Source: Chiloscyllium plagiosum (lineage: Eukaryota). Taken from it: a DNA stretch of 64,000 nt. Every line of letters starts with the position of its first letter. The stretch's first letter is position 1. The stretch is from assembly GCF_004010195.1 (NCBI RefSeq), contig NC_057753.1, positions 10,123,358 through 10,187,357 on the forward strand, given 5' to 3'. Made by a program: the position numbers and the translations under genes. This document shows, piece by piece, positions 9,727 through 22,949 of the stretch. The notes beneath the pieces are model-generated. The model was not told the DNA's origin, made no database searches, and saw only the letters and a program-made list of their open reading frames with translations.

Positions 9727-12700
9727 GCAGAAATGACTGGATAGAGCAGGGCTTCATCCCCACAGTGCAATGAATTCCCACTTTCCACCAAAATCCTGGA
9801 TGTACTCACTCAGTTGCTGTCTCACAAATGAAAGATTTCATTGCAACTTATTCTACTCCCAGTAGGGGCAAAACACCTTGGAAAGCTGCTCTCAAAGTCC
9901 GGTGTTCACAGCCACACTTCTGCTTTCACCGAAGACGATAGAGTCATCCAGCGTGGAAACATACCATTGCTTCCAGCTCGTCATGCTGACCAGATATCCA
10001 AAATTAATTGAGTTCCTTTTGCCAGCATTTGGCCCATATCCCTCTATTCATGTACTCATCCAGGTGCCTTTTAAATGTTGTCATTGTACCAGCCTCCGCC
10101 ACTTCCTTTGGCAGCTCTTTCCAGACATGCATCACCCTCTGTGTGAAAAGGTTGCCCCTCAGGTCCCTTTCCCCACTCACCTTAAACCTGTGCCTCTCTC
10201 GTTCTGGACTCCCCTACCCTGTGGAAAAGACCTTGGGTATTCAGCCTATCCATGCCCCTTATAAACTTCAATAAGGTTGTTAAAGTACAGATTTGAGATG
10301 GCCCTGGGAATCCCTTATGAATTCAACCTGTAAGCCTCTCTTGGTTTGTCCCGGAGATCGTACTCTTTGGAAGTCTGGAATAAAAAAACCTCTTACAGAC
10401 AGTTTAGTTTAATTTTAGTCACTTACCAATAGCATCACTGTTAAAACATAACACTGATACTGAGAAGCTAAACTAACTGGGTTCTAATAACCCAGAAGAG
10501 TAGGATATCAGCTTTTCAAGACCCCTGGCAGGCTACTCTGCTGTACTGTCTGAAACAGGCTTTATTTATACAAAAAGCACTTAATTAGACAGATAACAGT
10601 AAAAGACAATAATTCATAAGGAAGCAAAGTGAATTGACAGATCTGTGCGCGCTTGACTGATCACTCCTACAGGCCTTGAGCTATCCGTCAGGTGGGAAAA
10701 ATAAATCCGCCGAGTTAGATGTCTGTTGGCGAGATAAGTTCCTATAAAGAAGTACCAGTCTAAATTAAGTGGGAGATGGCATAAGGTAACCTTGCATAGT
10801 TCACATATCTGATACAATTGTTTTACAAAATGGCGTCTTAGCAAGGAGGGTAAACTTTTGACTATAAAATGGCTTCCCGACCGATTGTGTCAGAATCTCT
10901 TCAATGTTAGGTTTAGAATAATTTTAAGCTGGGAGCAGACTCCTGCTTTTTATCTTAAGCACTGAATCATTTTGTACCCGAGGCTGAAATGTTACTGTAA
11001 AGTTGCATTTAAACTGATTCATTAGTCTCAAATTAAACATGCTTTCTTTTCAGGGTTGTGATTCAAATTCAAATAAGACATAAGATCTGATTAGTTAGAA
11101 TTGACAGTGGGGCAGTCTGGGAGGTCTGTAGAGTGGTGTGCAAGCACCAGCATGGAAACAGACCCTTCGGCCCAACTCATCCATGCTGATCAGATATCCA
11201 AAATTAATCTAGTTCCATTTGCTGGCATTTGGCCCATATCCCTCTAAACCCTTCCTATTCATGGACCCATCCCGATGCCATTTAAATGTGACCATTGTAC
11301 CAGCCTCCACCACTTCCTCTGGCAGCTCATTCCATCACGCACCACTGTCTGTGTGATAACGTTGCCCCTCAGGTCCCTTTCCCCTTAAACCTCACCTTAA
11401 ACCTATGCCCCTCGAGCTCGGACACCCCCACCCTGGGAAAAAGACTTTGGGTATTCACCTGATTCATGCCCTTTAAAACTTCGATAAGGTCACCCCTCAG
11501 CCTCCCGGTGCTCCAGGGAAAATTATTCCTGGCCTATTCAGCCTCTCCCCTGTAGCACAAACCCACCAACATGATCTCCCAACTCCTATTCTCAATGCTC
11601 TGACTAATGAAGGAAAGCATAGGAAATGCCTTCTTCACTATCCTATCTACCTGCGACTCCACTTTCAAGGAACTATGAACCTGAACTCCAAGGTCTCTTT
11701 GTTCTGCAATACTCCCCTTAAGTGTGTTGGTCATGCCTGGATTGCTGGATCAAAATGCAAACCTCTCATATCTCTAAATTAAACTCCATCTGCCAGTCCT
11801 CGTGCTGCCTGACCTGCTGCGCTTTTCCAGCAACACATTTCCAGCTTTGCTCGTCTCAACCACTAGCAGAAATGACTGGATAGGGTAGGGCTTCATCCCC
11901 ACAGTGCAATGAATTCCCACTTTCCACCAAAATCCCAGATGTACTCACTCACTCAGTTGCTGTCTCAAGAAGGAAACATTTCATTGTAACTTCTTCTGCT
12001 CACATGAAGGGCAAAACATCTTTGAAAGCTGCTCTGAAAGTCCAATCTTCACAACCACACTTCTGCTTTTGCCAAAGACGAGTAGAGTCATGCAGCACGG
12101 AAACAGACCCTTCGGTCCATGCTGATCAGATATCCAAAATTAATAGAGTTCCATTTGCCAGCATTTGGCCCATATCCCTCTAAACTCTTCCTACTCATGG
12201 ACCCATCCAGATGCCATTTAAATGTGATCATTGTACCAGCCTCCATCACTTCCTCTGGCAGCTCGTTCCATCACGCACCACCGTCTTTGTGAAAATGTTG
12301 CCTCTCAGGTCCCTTTCCTCTTAAACCTCACCTTAAACCTCTGCCCCTCTAGTTCGGACTCCCCTACCCTGGGAAAAAGACTTTGGGTATTCACCCGATT
12401 CATGCCCCTTTACACTTCAATAAGATCACCCCACAGCCTCTGATGCTCCAGGGAAAATTATCCCTGGCCTATATGCCTCTCCCTGTAGCTCAAACCCTCC
12501 AAATCTGGTAACCGCCTTGTAAATCTTTTCCGAGCGCTTTCAAAATTTCACAACAGAGACCAGAATTACATGTAACTTTCCAAAAGTGGGCTAACCAATG
12601 TCTTGTACAGCCACAACATGATATCTCAACTCCTTTACTCAATACTCTGATCAATGAAGGAAAGCATAGGAAATGCCTTCTTCACTATCCTATCTACCTG

Positions 12701-15070
12701 CGACTCCACTTTCAAGGAACTATGAACCTGCACTCCAAGGTCTCTTTGTTCTGCAACACGCTCCTTAAGTGTGTTGGTCATGCCTGGATTGCTTGGCCAA
12801 AATACAAACCTCACATATCTCTAAATTAAATTCCATCTGCCAGTCCTCGGCCCATTGGTCTATCCAATCAATTCTAATTGATAGTGAACTCTTTTTCCCC
12901 TCATTCCCTAGAAGCTGAAAATCTCCATCTGACACACTCTCCCTTCATTCTCACTTTGTTGAACCTCATCCTGAAGGGTTTGGTTCATGCTGATTAACCG
13001 GCCACACTCAAACGGGATCTAATTGAAACACACAGAATCCTGAACGGCCTGGACTGAGTGGACATTGGGAATTTGTTTCCATTGGTCAGAGAGACTAGGA
13101 CCCAGGGACACAGCCTTAGAATAAAGGGAAGATCTTTTAGACTGGAGATAAGGAGGAACTTCTTCAGCCAATGAGTGGTGAATCCGTGGAATCCATTGCC
13201 AACGAATGCTGTGAAGGCCAGGTCACTGAGGATATTTAAGACTGAGCTAGAAGGTTCTTGAGTATCAAGGAGATTGAGGGTTACGGGGAGAAAGCTGGAG
13301 AATGGGTTTGAGAAACTGATCAGCCACAATCATATGGTATGAATAGATCTGATGGGCTGAATGGCCTATTTTCTCTTCCTATGTCTTATGGTCTCTTGCT
13401 GTCCTGGACACAGTTGGAGAATTGGGAGCAGGAGCAGGTCTTTCAAGCCTGCACCAGCATTGAACAGATCATAACTGGATATGAATATACTTACATCCCG
13501 GTGGATGACTGAGACTTTTTCACTGGAGCACAGGAGGTTGAGAGGTGACCTGAAATAAGTTTAAAAAACCATGAGGAGTATAAATGAGGTGAATGGCAGG
13601 TGCTGTTTCCTTAGGGTGGGGGTTTAAAGATTAGGGAGCAAATTCTTAAGATGAGGGGAGAAAGATTTTTAAAAGATTTCAAAATGCATTTAAAAAAAAA
13701 GACATGAGCATTTTTTTTGAGTGGTTTGTGTGTGGAATGAACGTCCAGAGGAAGTGATGGAAGCAGGTATGGTTACAACGACATTTGGAGAATTACATGA
13801 ATATGAAATATTTAGAGGGACACGGGCCAAAAACTGGCAGGTGGGACAAGTTTAGTTTGAGAACTAGTCAGCATGGACTAGTTGGACTGAAGGGTATGTT
13901 TCTGTGCTGTCTGACTCTGTAACTGTTCTAAACTAGTCTTAAAACTATTTTCTTGCTTTCACCCATAAACTCCACTTTCAAGGAACTATAAACCTGCATT
14001 CCAAGGTCTCTTTCTTCTGCAACATTCCCCTTAACTGTGTCAGTCCTGCCTGGATTGCTTGACCAAAACACAACATCTCACATTTCTCTAAATTAAACTC
14101 CATCTACCACTCTTTGGCCCATCACCACATCCGATCAATTCTAATTTAGAGTGAACTCTCTTTCCTCTCTCATTCCCTAGAAGTTAAAAATCTCCATCCC
14201 ACACTCTCCCTCCATTCTGAACCTAATCCCTACTGTACCTCATCCTGCAGGGTCTGGTTCATGCTGATTAACAGGCCCACACTCAGGAGGGATCTAATTG
14301 AAACATACAGAATAGTGAATGGCCTGAACAGAGTGGAAGTTGGGAAGATGTTTCCATTCAAAGGAGAGACTAGAACCAATGGACACAGCCTGAGAGTAGA
14401 TTAGATTAGATTCCCTACAGTGTGGAAACAAGCCCTTTGGCCTAACTAGTCCACACTGACCCTCTGAAGACCCACCCAGACCCATTCCCCCTTATTTACA
14501 CCAATGGGCAATTTAGCGTGATCAATTCACCCAACTTGCACATCTTTGGTCTGTGGGAAGAAACCAGAGCACCCAGAGGAAATCCACGCAGACACAAGGA
14601 GAATGTGCAAACTCCACACAGACCGTCGCCCGAGTAAAGGGAAGATCTTTTAGAATCGAGATAAGGAGAAACTTCTTCAGCCAGAGAGCAGTGAATCTGT
14701 GGAATTCATTGTCACAGAAGGCTGTGGAGGCCGGGTCAGTGAGGATATTTAAGATTGAGATGGAGATGTTCTTGAGTATCAAGGGGATCGAGGGTTACAG
14801 GGAGAAAGTGGGAAAATGGGGTGGAGAAACTTATCAGCCATTATTGAATAGTGGAGCAGACCTGATGGGCTGAATGGCCTAATTTCTGCTCCTATGTCTT
14901 ATGGTCTCTTGCTGTCCTGGACACAGTGGGAGAATTGGGAGCAGGAGTAGGCCATTTGGTCTTTCAAGCCTGCACCAGATCATAACTGGATACATCTAGG
15001 TGGATAGTCTGGGACTTTTTCATTGGAGGAGGTTGAGAGGTGGCCTTGCAGAGGTTTATAAAATCATGAG
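9727..15070. repeat. Array of partial segmental duplications built from CR1 fragments plus unique spacers
   Basis: Spacer CAGAAATGACTGGATAG...GAAGACGA at 9727-9950, 11866-12090 and inverted at 25345-25572. Spacer TCAATTCTAATT...CATGCTGATTAAC at 12868-13010, 14136-14290, 29105-29245 and inverted at 24385-24545. Confidence 0.8.
10278..11106. mobile_element. Possible solo LTR-like element
   Basis: Single-copy 830-bp insert with TG...CA ends that truncates a CR1 fragment; TATA-like and polyA-like motifs on both strands; no TSD found. Confidence 0.35.
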
Positions 15071-16727
15071 GCACAGAGAGGCATGCTTTTTGTGGAACCC
15101 TACAGGAGTTTTCTGATCACAGCATCATGCAGTACAGAAAAGGCCCTTTGTCCCATCAAGTGTGTACCACCAAAATATTGCCACTTACACTAGATTCATA
15201 GAGCTGTACAGCATGGAACCTGACCCTTTGGTGTCCAAAACTAGGGTGCATAGGTTTAAGGTGAGAGGGGAAGGGGGATCTAAGGGGTAACCTTTTCACA
15301 CAGAAGGTATTGCATGTATGGAATAAGCTACCGGAGGGAGTGGTGGAAGCTGGTACTATTACAACATTTCAAAGTTATTTGGATGGATACATGAGAGATA
15401 TATGGTACAAATTCTGGCAAATCGGATGAGATTAATTTCAAATTAATCAGAGTGACCATGTTGGAAGAAAGGTCAGTTTCCGTGATCTCCAGCTCCATGG
15501 TGGGGACATAACCTGAGTCCACATTCCCCCCCTCCACCCTGCCACTAGCTCCAAGGCTCTGAGCTACACAACATCATTGGGTCACCCAGATCCTGACAAT
15601 TTTCAAATAGCTCCGGGCATTTCTCACAAGCACCACTCGGATTGTCAGCCGCTGTCAGAAACTTTAGTTGTCCTTTTTGTCCAACCTTCAGCACTGAACA
15701 AGCATTCTCTGTTCCCATTGTGGGATCGTGTTCAAATAGCGACCAAAATCAGCGACTTGTGCAACCCCAAGTTGCAAGGTTGCACAAGTTTGAGATGGTG
15801 ATGGATTCGCGAAATACCATCCTTACAGCAGCCTCTTTACACACTGTTCTTACAGAGATTAACACTCCGTCACTATGGTGTCCCACTGTTTTATCTATTG
15901 TACACAAACGCTGGCTGCTACTCCCGATAGGATTGAGATTGTCTGTGTGGTCTGCTTGCAGAATTAAGAGGTGTTAGTCCTTTCGTCTTTTAAGTCAGCA
16001 AATGTCAGTAAAAATACTAGGCCTGTATGCCCCAAATAAGTTGGACATTGTACCTGCACTGAATGAAAGAATAAAGGATATTAAACTGCTTCCCGCAGCT
16101 GGGTCGTGAGACTTGTTTAGTATTTGCCGGCGTGAGTTTCATTCATTCCTGCAATTTCATGGAAGCGCAGTCTCGATAGTCAGTTTCTTAAAGGGGACAG
16201 TGGCTGCGAGTCAGGGAAACTGTCGGATGCTCTGTATCTGTGCAGGTCCCGAGAGATAGTCGACAAGGGCTGATTTATTTTATAATCTTTCATGGAGACA
16301 AGATGGCAGGGGGTGGTATTGTTCTGAATATGTTACTACGTTGACAGTTATTCAGAGTTAGCTTTTGTTGTAGGAATAAGCCTAAACACTGCTTATAGCA
16401 AGAGCCGGTAAGGGTTGAAGGTGTGAAAAAGCAGTAACGAGTTGAAAGAGGTGTTTTAATTTAGTCTATCTTGTAATAGTAAATTATACTACAAAACCAC
16501 GGTTTTATGAATAAATGAATGAAAAAAGCATTTGTAAATGGGTTAGTAAAGACACCTATAATACAATATCTCACACCATGTTATCGTCTTGACACAGCCT
16601 CGTGGGGAAGGGAGAAACCGGAGCTAATCTTTACACAGGTAGATTTCTTCAGAGTTAATCATGACCCGTATCCACTTCCCGACTGAATTGCGTGTTCCAA
16701 ATCAGTAAGTGTGTCTTAAATAGGTGC

Positions 16728-17135
16728 TCAACACACCAGTGAATACAAATAATAATAGAAGTCACACCCACAAAGAATCCCAAAAGTTCTGTACTGGGTG
16801 CGACTGGATTGGTGTCTGAACAGATGGCATGACTGACTGAACACCTTCCCGCACACGGAGCAGGTGAATGGCCTCTCCCTGGTGTGGACCCGCTGGTGAC
16901 TCTGCAGGTTGGAGGACTGAACAAATGCCCTCCTGCAGACAGAGCAGGTGAACGGCTTCTCCCTAGTATGGACCTGCTGGTGGGTCACCAGGGTAGATGA
17001 ATGGAGGAACCCCTTCCCACACAATGATCAGGTGAACGGTCTCTCCCCAGTGTGACGGCGGTGATGGCTTTCAAGCAAGGTTGGGAATTTGAATTCCTTC
17101 CCGCTGTCCCCACATTTCCACGGTTTCTCCATCAT
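16728..17135 (-). pseudogene. C2H2 zinc-finger gene C, 4 fingers, disrupted
   Basis: [15 protein letters not shown]...[15 protein letters not shown]...; in-frame TGA at 17028-17030; finger 1 has Cys>Ser; acceptor AATTACAG near 17460. Confidence 0.8.
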
Positions 17136-17664
17136 GTGGAAATCCTCGCCCCAGCTTTGACAATTGATTGAAAGACCACTCACACATGGAACGTGTTCTG
17201 TCTCTCGCTGCTGTGAATGGGGTGTTGCTATTTCAGGCTGCGTAGCCAGTTAAAGGTCTTCCCACAGTCAGTTCACTGGGGACATTCATTGAGGTCTGCG
17301 TGCTTCAGAGTCACTGATGTTTGAAACTTTTCAAAGCAGACAGGACAGAAGAGAACTAAAATATCCTGTGAGATTCAAAGGTTGATGCCAATGAAATGAT
17401 TGTCTCTATCAGATCTTGTTTTGAGATTTCTGGCTGTAATTCCTTCCCTTCTCATATCCTGTAATTACATAATCCATCACTGTCTGTGTCTAACTTGTTC
17501 ATGCTGGTCAGTTATTTTGGATAACTCGAGTCCCATGTGCCAGCACTTAGTCCACATCCCTCTAAACCCTTCGTAATTCATACACACATCCACATGTCTT
17601 TTAAATGTTGTAATTGTACCAGCCTCCACCACTTCCTCGAGCAGATCATTCCGCGCGTACATAG

Positions 17665-18055
17665 AGAGTCATTCATCAGTCTAACAACGGCAGGGAAGAA
17701 GCTCTTTCTGAACCTGTTGGTGCATCTTCAAGAATCTGTATCTTCTGTCTAACCAAAGAAGTTGTAAGAGAGCATTAGCAGGGTGGGAGGGCACTTTGAT
17801 GTTTGCAGCTTTTCCACGGCAATGAGATGTGCAGATGGAGACCATAGGTAGGTTGGCTTCTGCGATCATCTGGGCTGTGCATAATCCCTTCTGTAGTTTC
17901 TTACAGTTCTGTGCAGAGCAGTTGCCGTAGCAGAATGTTACGCACCCAGATGGAACACTATTAATGGCGCATCTGTAAAAGTTGGTGAGGATCCTTATGG
18001 ACATGCTGAATTTCATATTCCTCCCGAGGAAAAGAGACATTGTTGTACTTTCTTG
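17665..18055 (-). mobile_element. Rex1/Babar-type LINE 3' fragment
   Basis: ILTNFYRCAINSVPSGCVTFCYGNCSAQNCKKLQK...KAANIKVPSHP resembles the Rex1/Babar post-RT C-terminal region. Confidence 0.75.
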
Positions 18056-18555
18056 ACTGAGATTGCCCTCATCATTATTCCAGATGGTGAGAACACTCAA
18101 ACAACCCGTTGTGGAGTTTGCATTGCTGGCAGAATGCAGTTTGTATCCAGCAGCAGCTTAGTTACTCAGGCACTTGGTGCTGTGAGACTAAAAGTACAGA
18201 AGGCCATGAGGAACCAGGGTGTTTCCAACCAACATTCAAACTGATCAGTGGAAACCTTTGAAGTGTCAAACGAAAACTGGAAGTTCACTAAGCCAAAAGC
18301 TAATGGAGGCATCCTCATAAAATTACCAGGAATACTTGGAATCCTGAGAAGGATTCAGGTGAATCTTGGAGCGATGTTGCATGCCTTGGACTATTCCCAG
18401 AAAGTGAATGAACTATCAAGATTCATGTAAAGATTTGTGGGAACTCTTGCAAGGAAGTAAAGAAAACTAGATTTACAATTTAAGGCCATACATGCTATTC
18501 TGCTAAGTTACTCCAGTTAATTGGTCATTTTTTTTTTGTTTTTTTTTGTTTTGGT

Positions 18556-18838
18556 GGGCGGCACGGTGACACAGTGCTTAGCACTGCTGCCTCACAGCGC
18601 CAGAGACCCGGGCAACTGTCTGTGTGGAGTTGCACATTCTCCCCGTGTCTGCGTGGGTTTCCTCCCACAGTCCAAAACTGTGCTGGTTAGGTGAATTGGC
18701 CATGCTAAATTGCCCGTAGTGTTAGGTGAAGGGGTAAATGTAGAGGAATGGGTCTGGGAGGGTTGCTCTTCGGAGGGTCGATGTGGACTTGTTGCGCTGA
18801 AGGACCTGTTCCCACACTGTAAGTAATCTAATCTAATC
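18556..18838 (+). mobile_element. HE1/V-SINE-like SINE with internal deletions
   Basis: GGGCGGCACGGTGACACAGTG head, V-domain and TAATCTAATC tail. Confidence 0.85.
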
Positions 18839-19139
18839 AAAAAGTATGAAAACTTGATGAACAATTCTTCCAGTTAATCACTGGGTATTCAAATTTCTCT
18901 TCAAAATTAAAGATCATAACAAAACTGGGTGTCATTGTGGGATTTTGAATCTGTAGCGTGTGCTTGGTATTTCAAAGTGAATTTAATCGTGTTAAGTACT
19001 GAGACTTTCTGGAGAGGAAAGATTTGCCCTTGTGTGTTTTGCAACACCGAACCAAGGTCAGTTCAATAGAATAAGCAGACAGATTGATGCTACAGTTGAG
19101 AATGCAAAATGTCAGAATTAATGCAGGCAGGAGCACAGC

Positions 19140-19712
19140 AATTAAGGTTAGAAAGTTAGCCAAAAATATAACAACAGGAAGGTAAGTTTTAGTCCGCTTT
19201 TAAAAGAAAAGTTAACAAAATATGTGTTTGTTCTGCGGAAACTGAGTCTGGGGATTCAATAACGGAGGATAAAGAGATGGCAGATGAATTGAAAAGAGCT
19301 TGAATCTGTCTTCACTCGAGACGATACAAATAACACCCTGGAACTAGCTGTAAATCAGGAATTGAAAAGGAGGGAGGAACTGAAGAAATTTACAATTACC
19401 AGGGAAGTCATTCTGAGTAAACCGCTGGAAGTACGAGTTGATAAGTCCCAGGTACTCGAAGGATTTCATTCTAGACTCTTAAAGAAAAACTAGCTAGTGA
19501 AATAGTTAATGTCTTGGTTTTAATTTTCCAAACGTCATTAGTTTCGGGGAAGATTTCCTTAGATTGGCAAACACCTTTCTTCAAAAAGGGAGACCGAGAA
19601 CAGGAAACTGCAGACCATTTACCTTAACATATGTCAGAGAGAAAATGTTCAAAGCTATTATTAAAGATATTATGACAGGGCATTTGTATAAGTTCAAGGT
19701 AATCAGGCAGTG
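19140..19712 (+). mobile_element. Old CR1 ORF2 fragment (endonuclease-RT linker)
   Basis: Degenerate frames read EDKEMADEL..SVFT, VDKSQ..GFHSRLLKE, SLVSGKISLDW, PFFKKGD. Confidence 0.75.
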
Positions 19713-20046
19713 TGAGTGGGAAATAATGTTGTATTAATTTTTTGAAGAACAGCCTCTTCCCATTGCGACTGAGCTGATGAATCTCCAGTGCCGACAAGGA
19801 CTGAAATCTCTTCCCACAGTCCCCACATTTCCACAGTTCTGGTGTCCTTTTGTCTCTCTGTTTCCGATCATTTGTATAAGTTCAAGGTAATCAAGCAGTG
19901 TGAATGGGAAATTAATTTTTTGAAGAACAGCCTCTTCCCACTGCGACTGAGCTGATGAATCTCCAGTGCCGACAAGGACTGAAATCTCTTCCCACAGTCC
20001 CCACATTTCCGCAGTTCTGGTGTCCTTTTGTCTCTCTGTTTCCGAT
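19681..20046. repeat. ~180-bp tandem duplication spanning a CR1/zinc-finger junction
   Basis: CATTTGTATAAGTTCAAGG...GTTTCCGAT at 19681-19868 and 19869-20046. Confidence 0.9.
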
Positions 20047-20190
20047 GAACAATTGAAACTGTGATCACACTCAGGAAACGTGTACAGTCACCCCCTGCCG
20101 CGAGTAGTGTAGTGTTTCTTCAGTCTGTGTAACTGGTCAAAGCTCCTTCCAACAGTCAGCCCACTGGGACACACTTTCTCTCAACAAGGT
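19922..20190 (-). pseudogene. Zinc-finger gene fragment
   Basis: GRSFDQLHRLKKH...FPECDHSFNCSS...KCGDCGKRFQSLSALEIHQLSRSGKRLF; no MEKPW start and truncated after the first finger. Confidence 0.75.
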
Positions 20191-20329
20191 GAAAAGATGT
20201 ATAAAAGTTGAGCAACGACACAAAATGCAAAAGCAATAAAATGTCAAACCACAGGGGGGAAAAAAAGATTGCGGTTCTACCCTTTTTTTTCCTATTGGCA
20301 TTTGGACACTGAAAATCTGTCAATAACAG

Positions 20330-20609
20330 CTGCATCCCCCAAAGAGCATACTGCGCACGCCCGCCGGTGTCAGCAAAGCACTGGGCATGTTCATCGCTGT
20401 CCGCACAAAAGTCGTGCGACCTTCTTTTGATTGTCCAATAGGGAGCACTGAAGGACCGGAAGGAGATTAGTCCTCCTGCCAATCAGAGTAAGCCCCATTA
20501 TCTGAATGCGGAAGTTGGACTGTGAGCTTCTGCTGCTCCTCTCTTTGTAAATGAAGATTGAGCTTCACTCCAGCCTGCAATCTCCTTCCTCTGTCCAACA
20601 TCTGTGAGT
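20330..20609 (+). promoter_or_regulatory. CpG-containing promoter and probable non-coding first exon (candidate for ZNF D)
   Basis: NRF1-like TGCGCACGC (~20352), two CCAAT boxes (~20435, ~20480), ETS CCGGAAG/GCGGAAGT, splice donor GTGAGT at 20604. Confidence 0.55.
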
Positions 20610-20754
20610 ACAACACTCTCTTTTCTCCTCACGTTTTCCATTTATTTTTTCATTCAGGGATCCAGGTGTCGACTTGCTGCAACTGAAAGGAAGGGGAGTG
20701 AATCGGGGTGGGGATAGCCTCTGGAAACGTTGCTCCAGGTCTGTGTCGCAATTG

Positions 20755-21300
20755 GCAAAATAGACAGCAAGAAGCTGGAAGAACACAGCAAGCAAGGCAG
20801 CATCAGGAGGTGGCGAAGTCGACATTTCGGGTATAACCCTTCTTCAGGTTTGGGGATGAGTGTAGGGGGCGACAAAGGGTGTGCTGGAGGCAGGATGGTG
20901 AAGTGGGGATAGGTGAAGACAGGTAGAGGGTACCACCTGGTTGGTCAATGGGAGGAATGGATCTGGTTGGTAGCAGGGAGGAGTGGAAATGAGGGGGAGG
21001 GACTGAGAAGGAAGTCGGGGGATGGGAAGTGAGGTTACTTGAAATTGGAGTCCTCTGGGCTGTAGGCTGCCCATATGAAAGATGAGGTGCCGTTCCTTCA
21101 ATTTGTAGTTTGGTCTGTTGTGGTAATGGAGGAGGTCAAAGATGGTCATGTCAGAAAGGGACTGGGAAGGGGAATGAAAATGGGTGGTGACTGTGAGGTC
21201 CCGTCAGCCTCTGTGGACCCGCCTGCGACGCTTGGCAAACCGTTCCCCACGTTTATGCTCGGTCTTCCCAATGTAGAGAAGACCACAACTGGAAAACACG
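20755..21300 (-). mobile_element. Penelope-like element 3' end: GIY-YIG endonuclease remnant plus hammerhead-bearing pseudo-LTR
   Basis: CGLLYIGKT...HFHSPSQSLSDMTIFDLLH...KLKERHLIFHMGSLQPRGL; hammerhead CTGAAGA-A-GGGT-TAT-ACCC-GAAATGTC at 20821-20847 (-). Confidence 0.85.
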
Positions 21301-21414
21301 TGGGAAATAGAGTACCACATTGTGAAGTTTGCTGTGAAAAAAAGCAGAAAGGAAGTGTATTATTTAAATTGTGATATATTGGGATGTGGAGAAAGTGAGA
21401 ACTGTCAATGATGG

Positions 21415-22730
21415 AGATTAAGAACATAGAAAAGTACAGCACAGAGCAGGCCCTTTGACCTAAGATTTTGTGCCGAGATTTAATCCTGATGTAAAATATA
21501 GTAATTTAGCCCACGCACCCCTCAACTCACTGCTGTCCATGTGCATGTCCAGCAGTCGCTTAAATGCCCCCAATGACTCTGCTTCCACCACCACAGCTGG
21601 CAACGAATTCCATGCATTCACAACTCTCTGCATAAAGAGACATCTCCTTTTTACGTTCCTCCTAATATCCTCAAACTATGACTTCTCCTAACAGTCAATC
21701 CTGCCCTGGGGAAAAGTCTCTGGCTATTGACTCTATCTATTCCTCTCATTATTTTGTACACCTCGATCAGGTCTCCTCTCTTCCTCCTTCTCTCCAGAGA
21801 GAAAAGTCCAGGCTTATTCAATCTTCGTAAGGCAAGCCCTCCAGTCCAGGCAGCATCCTGGCAAACCATCTTTGCACCCTCTCCAGTGCCTCTATCTTTC
21901 CTATAGTAGGGCGACCAGAACTGGACACAATATTCCAAGTGTGGTCTCACCAGGGACTTGTAGAGCTGCAGCAAAACCTCGCGGCTCTTAAGCTCGATCC
22001 CCCTGTTAATGAAAACCAAAACGCCATATGCTTTTTTAACAATTCTATCCACTTGGGTGGCAACTTTGAGGGATCTATGTACTTTCACACCCAGATCCGT
22101 CTGTTCCTCCAAACTGCCAAGAATCCTGTCTTTAATCCTATATTCAGCATTCAAGTTCGACCTTCCAAAATGCATCACTTTGCATTTATCCAGGTTGAAC
22201 TCCATCTGCCATTTCTCAGCCCAGCTCTGCATCCTGTCCATGTCGCACTGCAGCCTGCAGAAGCCATCTTTACTATTGACGACACCTCCAACTTTTGTGT
22301 CATCTGCAAATTTACTAACCCACCCCTCAACCACCTCATCCAAGTCATTTATAAAAACTACAAAGAGCAGAGGCCCAAGAACAGAGCCCTGCAGGACCCC
22401 ACTCAACACTGACCTCCAGGCAGAATACTTTCCACCTACAAGCACTTCAGTCGGCCAGCCAATTCTGAATCCAGATAGCCAAGTCTCCCAGTATCCCATA
22501 CTTCCTGACTTTATGAATGAGTCTACCATGGGGAACCCTATCAAATGCCTTGCTGAAGTCCATATACACCACATCCACTGTTTGACCGTCGTCGACCTGT
22601 CTTGACACCTTCTCAAAGAACTTGATAAGATTCATGAGGCATGACCTGACCCTCACAAAGCCATGCTGACTGCCTTTAATCACAATGTGCTTTGCCAAAT
22701 AGTCATAAATCCTATCCCTCAGAATTCTTA
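21415..22730 (-). mobile_element. CR1-type (HER1-like) LINE, 5'-truncated, RT domain and 3' end
   Basis: VDVVYMDFSKAFDRVPH, QGSVLGPLLF, KFADDTK, VRPHLEYCVQFW; several frameshifts. Confidence 0.92.
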
Positions 22731-22949
22731 GAGTCAAAGTGTGGCGCTGGCAAAGCACAGCAGGTCAGACAGCATCCGAGGGGCATGACAGTCGATGTTT
22801 CGGGCATGACCCCTTCATCGGGAAAGATGTGTGGATGTAGAAAGGGGGCGCAGCATCCTTCTACACCGGTCAATGCTGGTTGTCCGATAGGTGCAGCAAG
22901 AAATGAGCAAGGCAAGTGGTATATCAGCAAGAGGAATTGAGTTCGGAAG

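Noticed and set aside
17028..17030. In-frame TGA at a zinc-ligand Cys (UxxC) suggesting selenocysteine
   Set aside because: TGC/TGT to TGA is a single substitution, finger 1 is also damaged, neighbours are pseudogenes, and I could not identify a SECIS by eye.
21651..22616. 321-aa ORF as a host gene or active reverse transcriptase
   Set aside because: Frameshifted, 5'-truncated CR1 ORF2 fragment.
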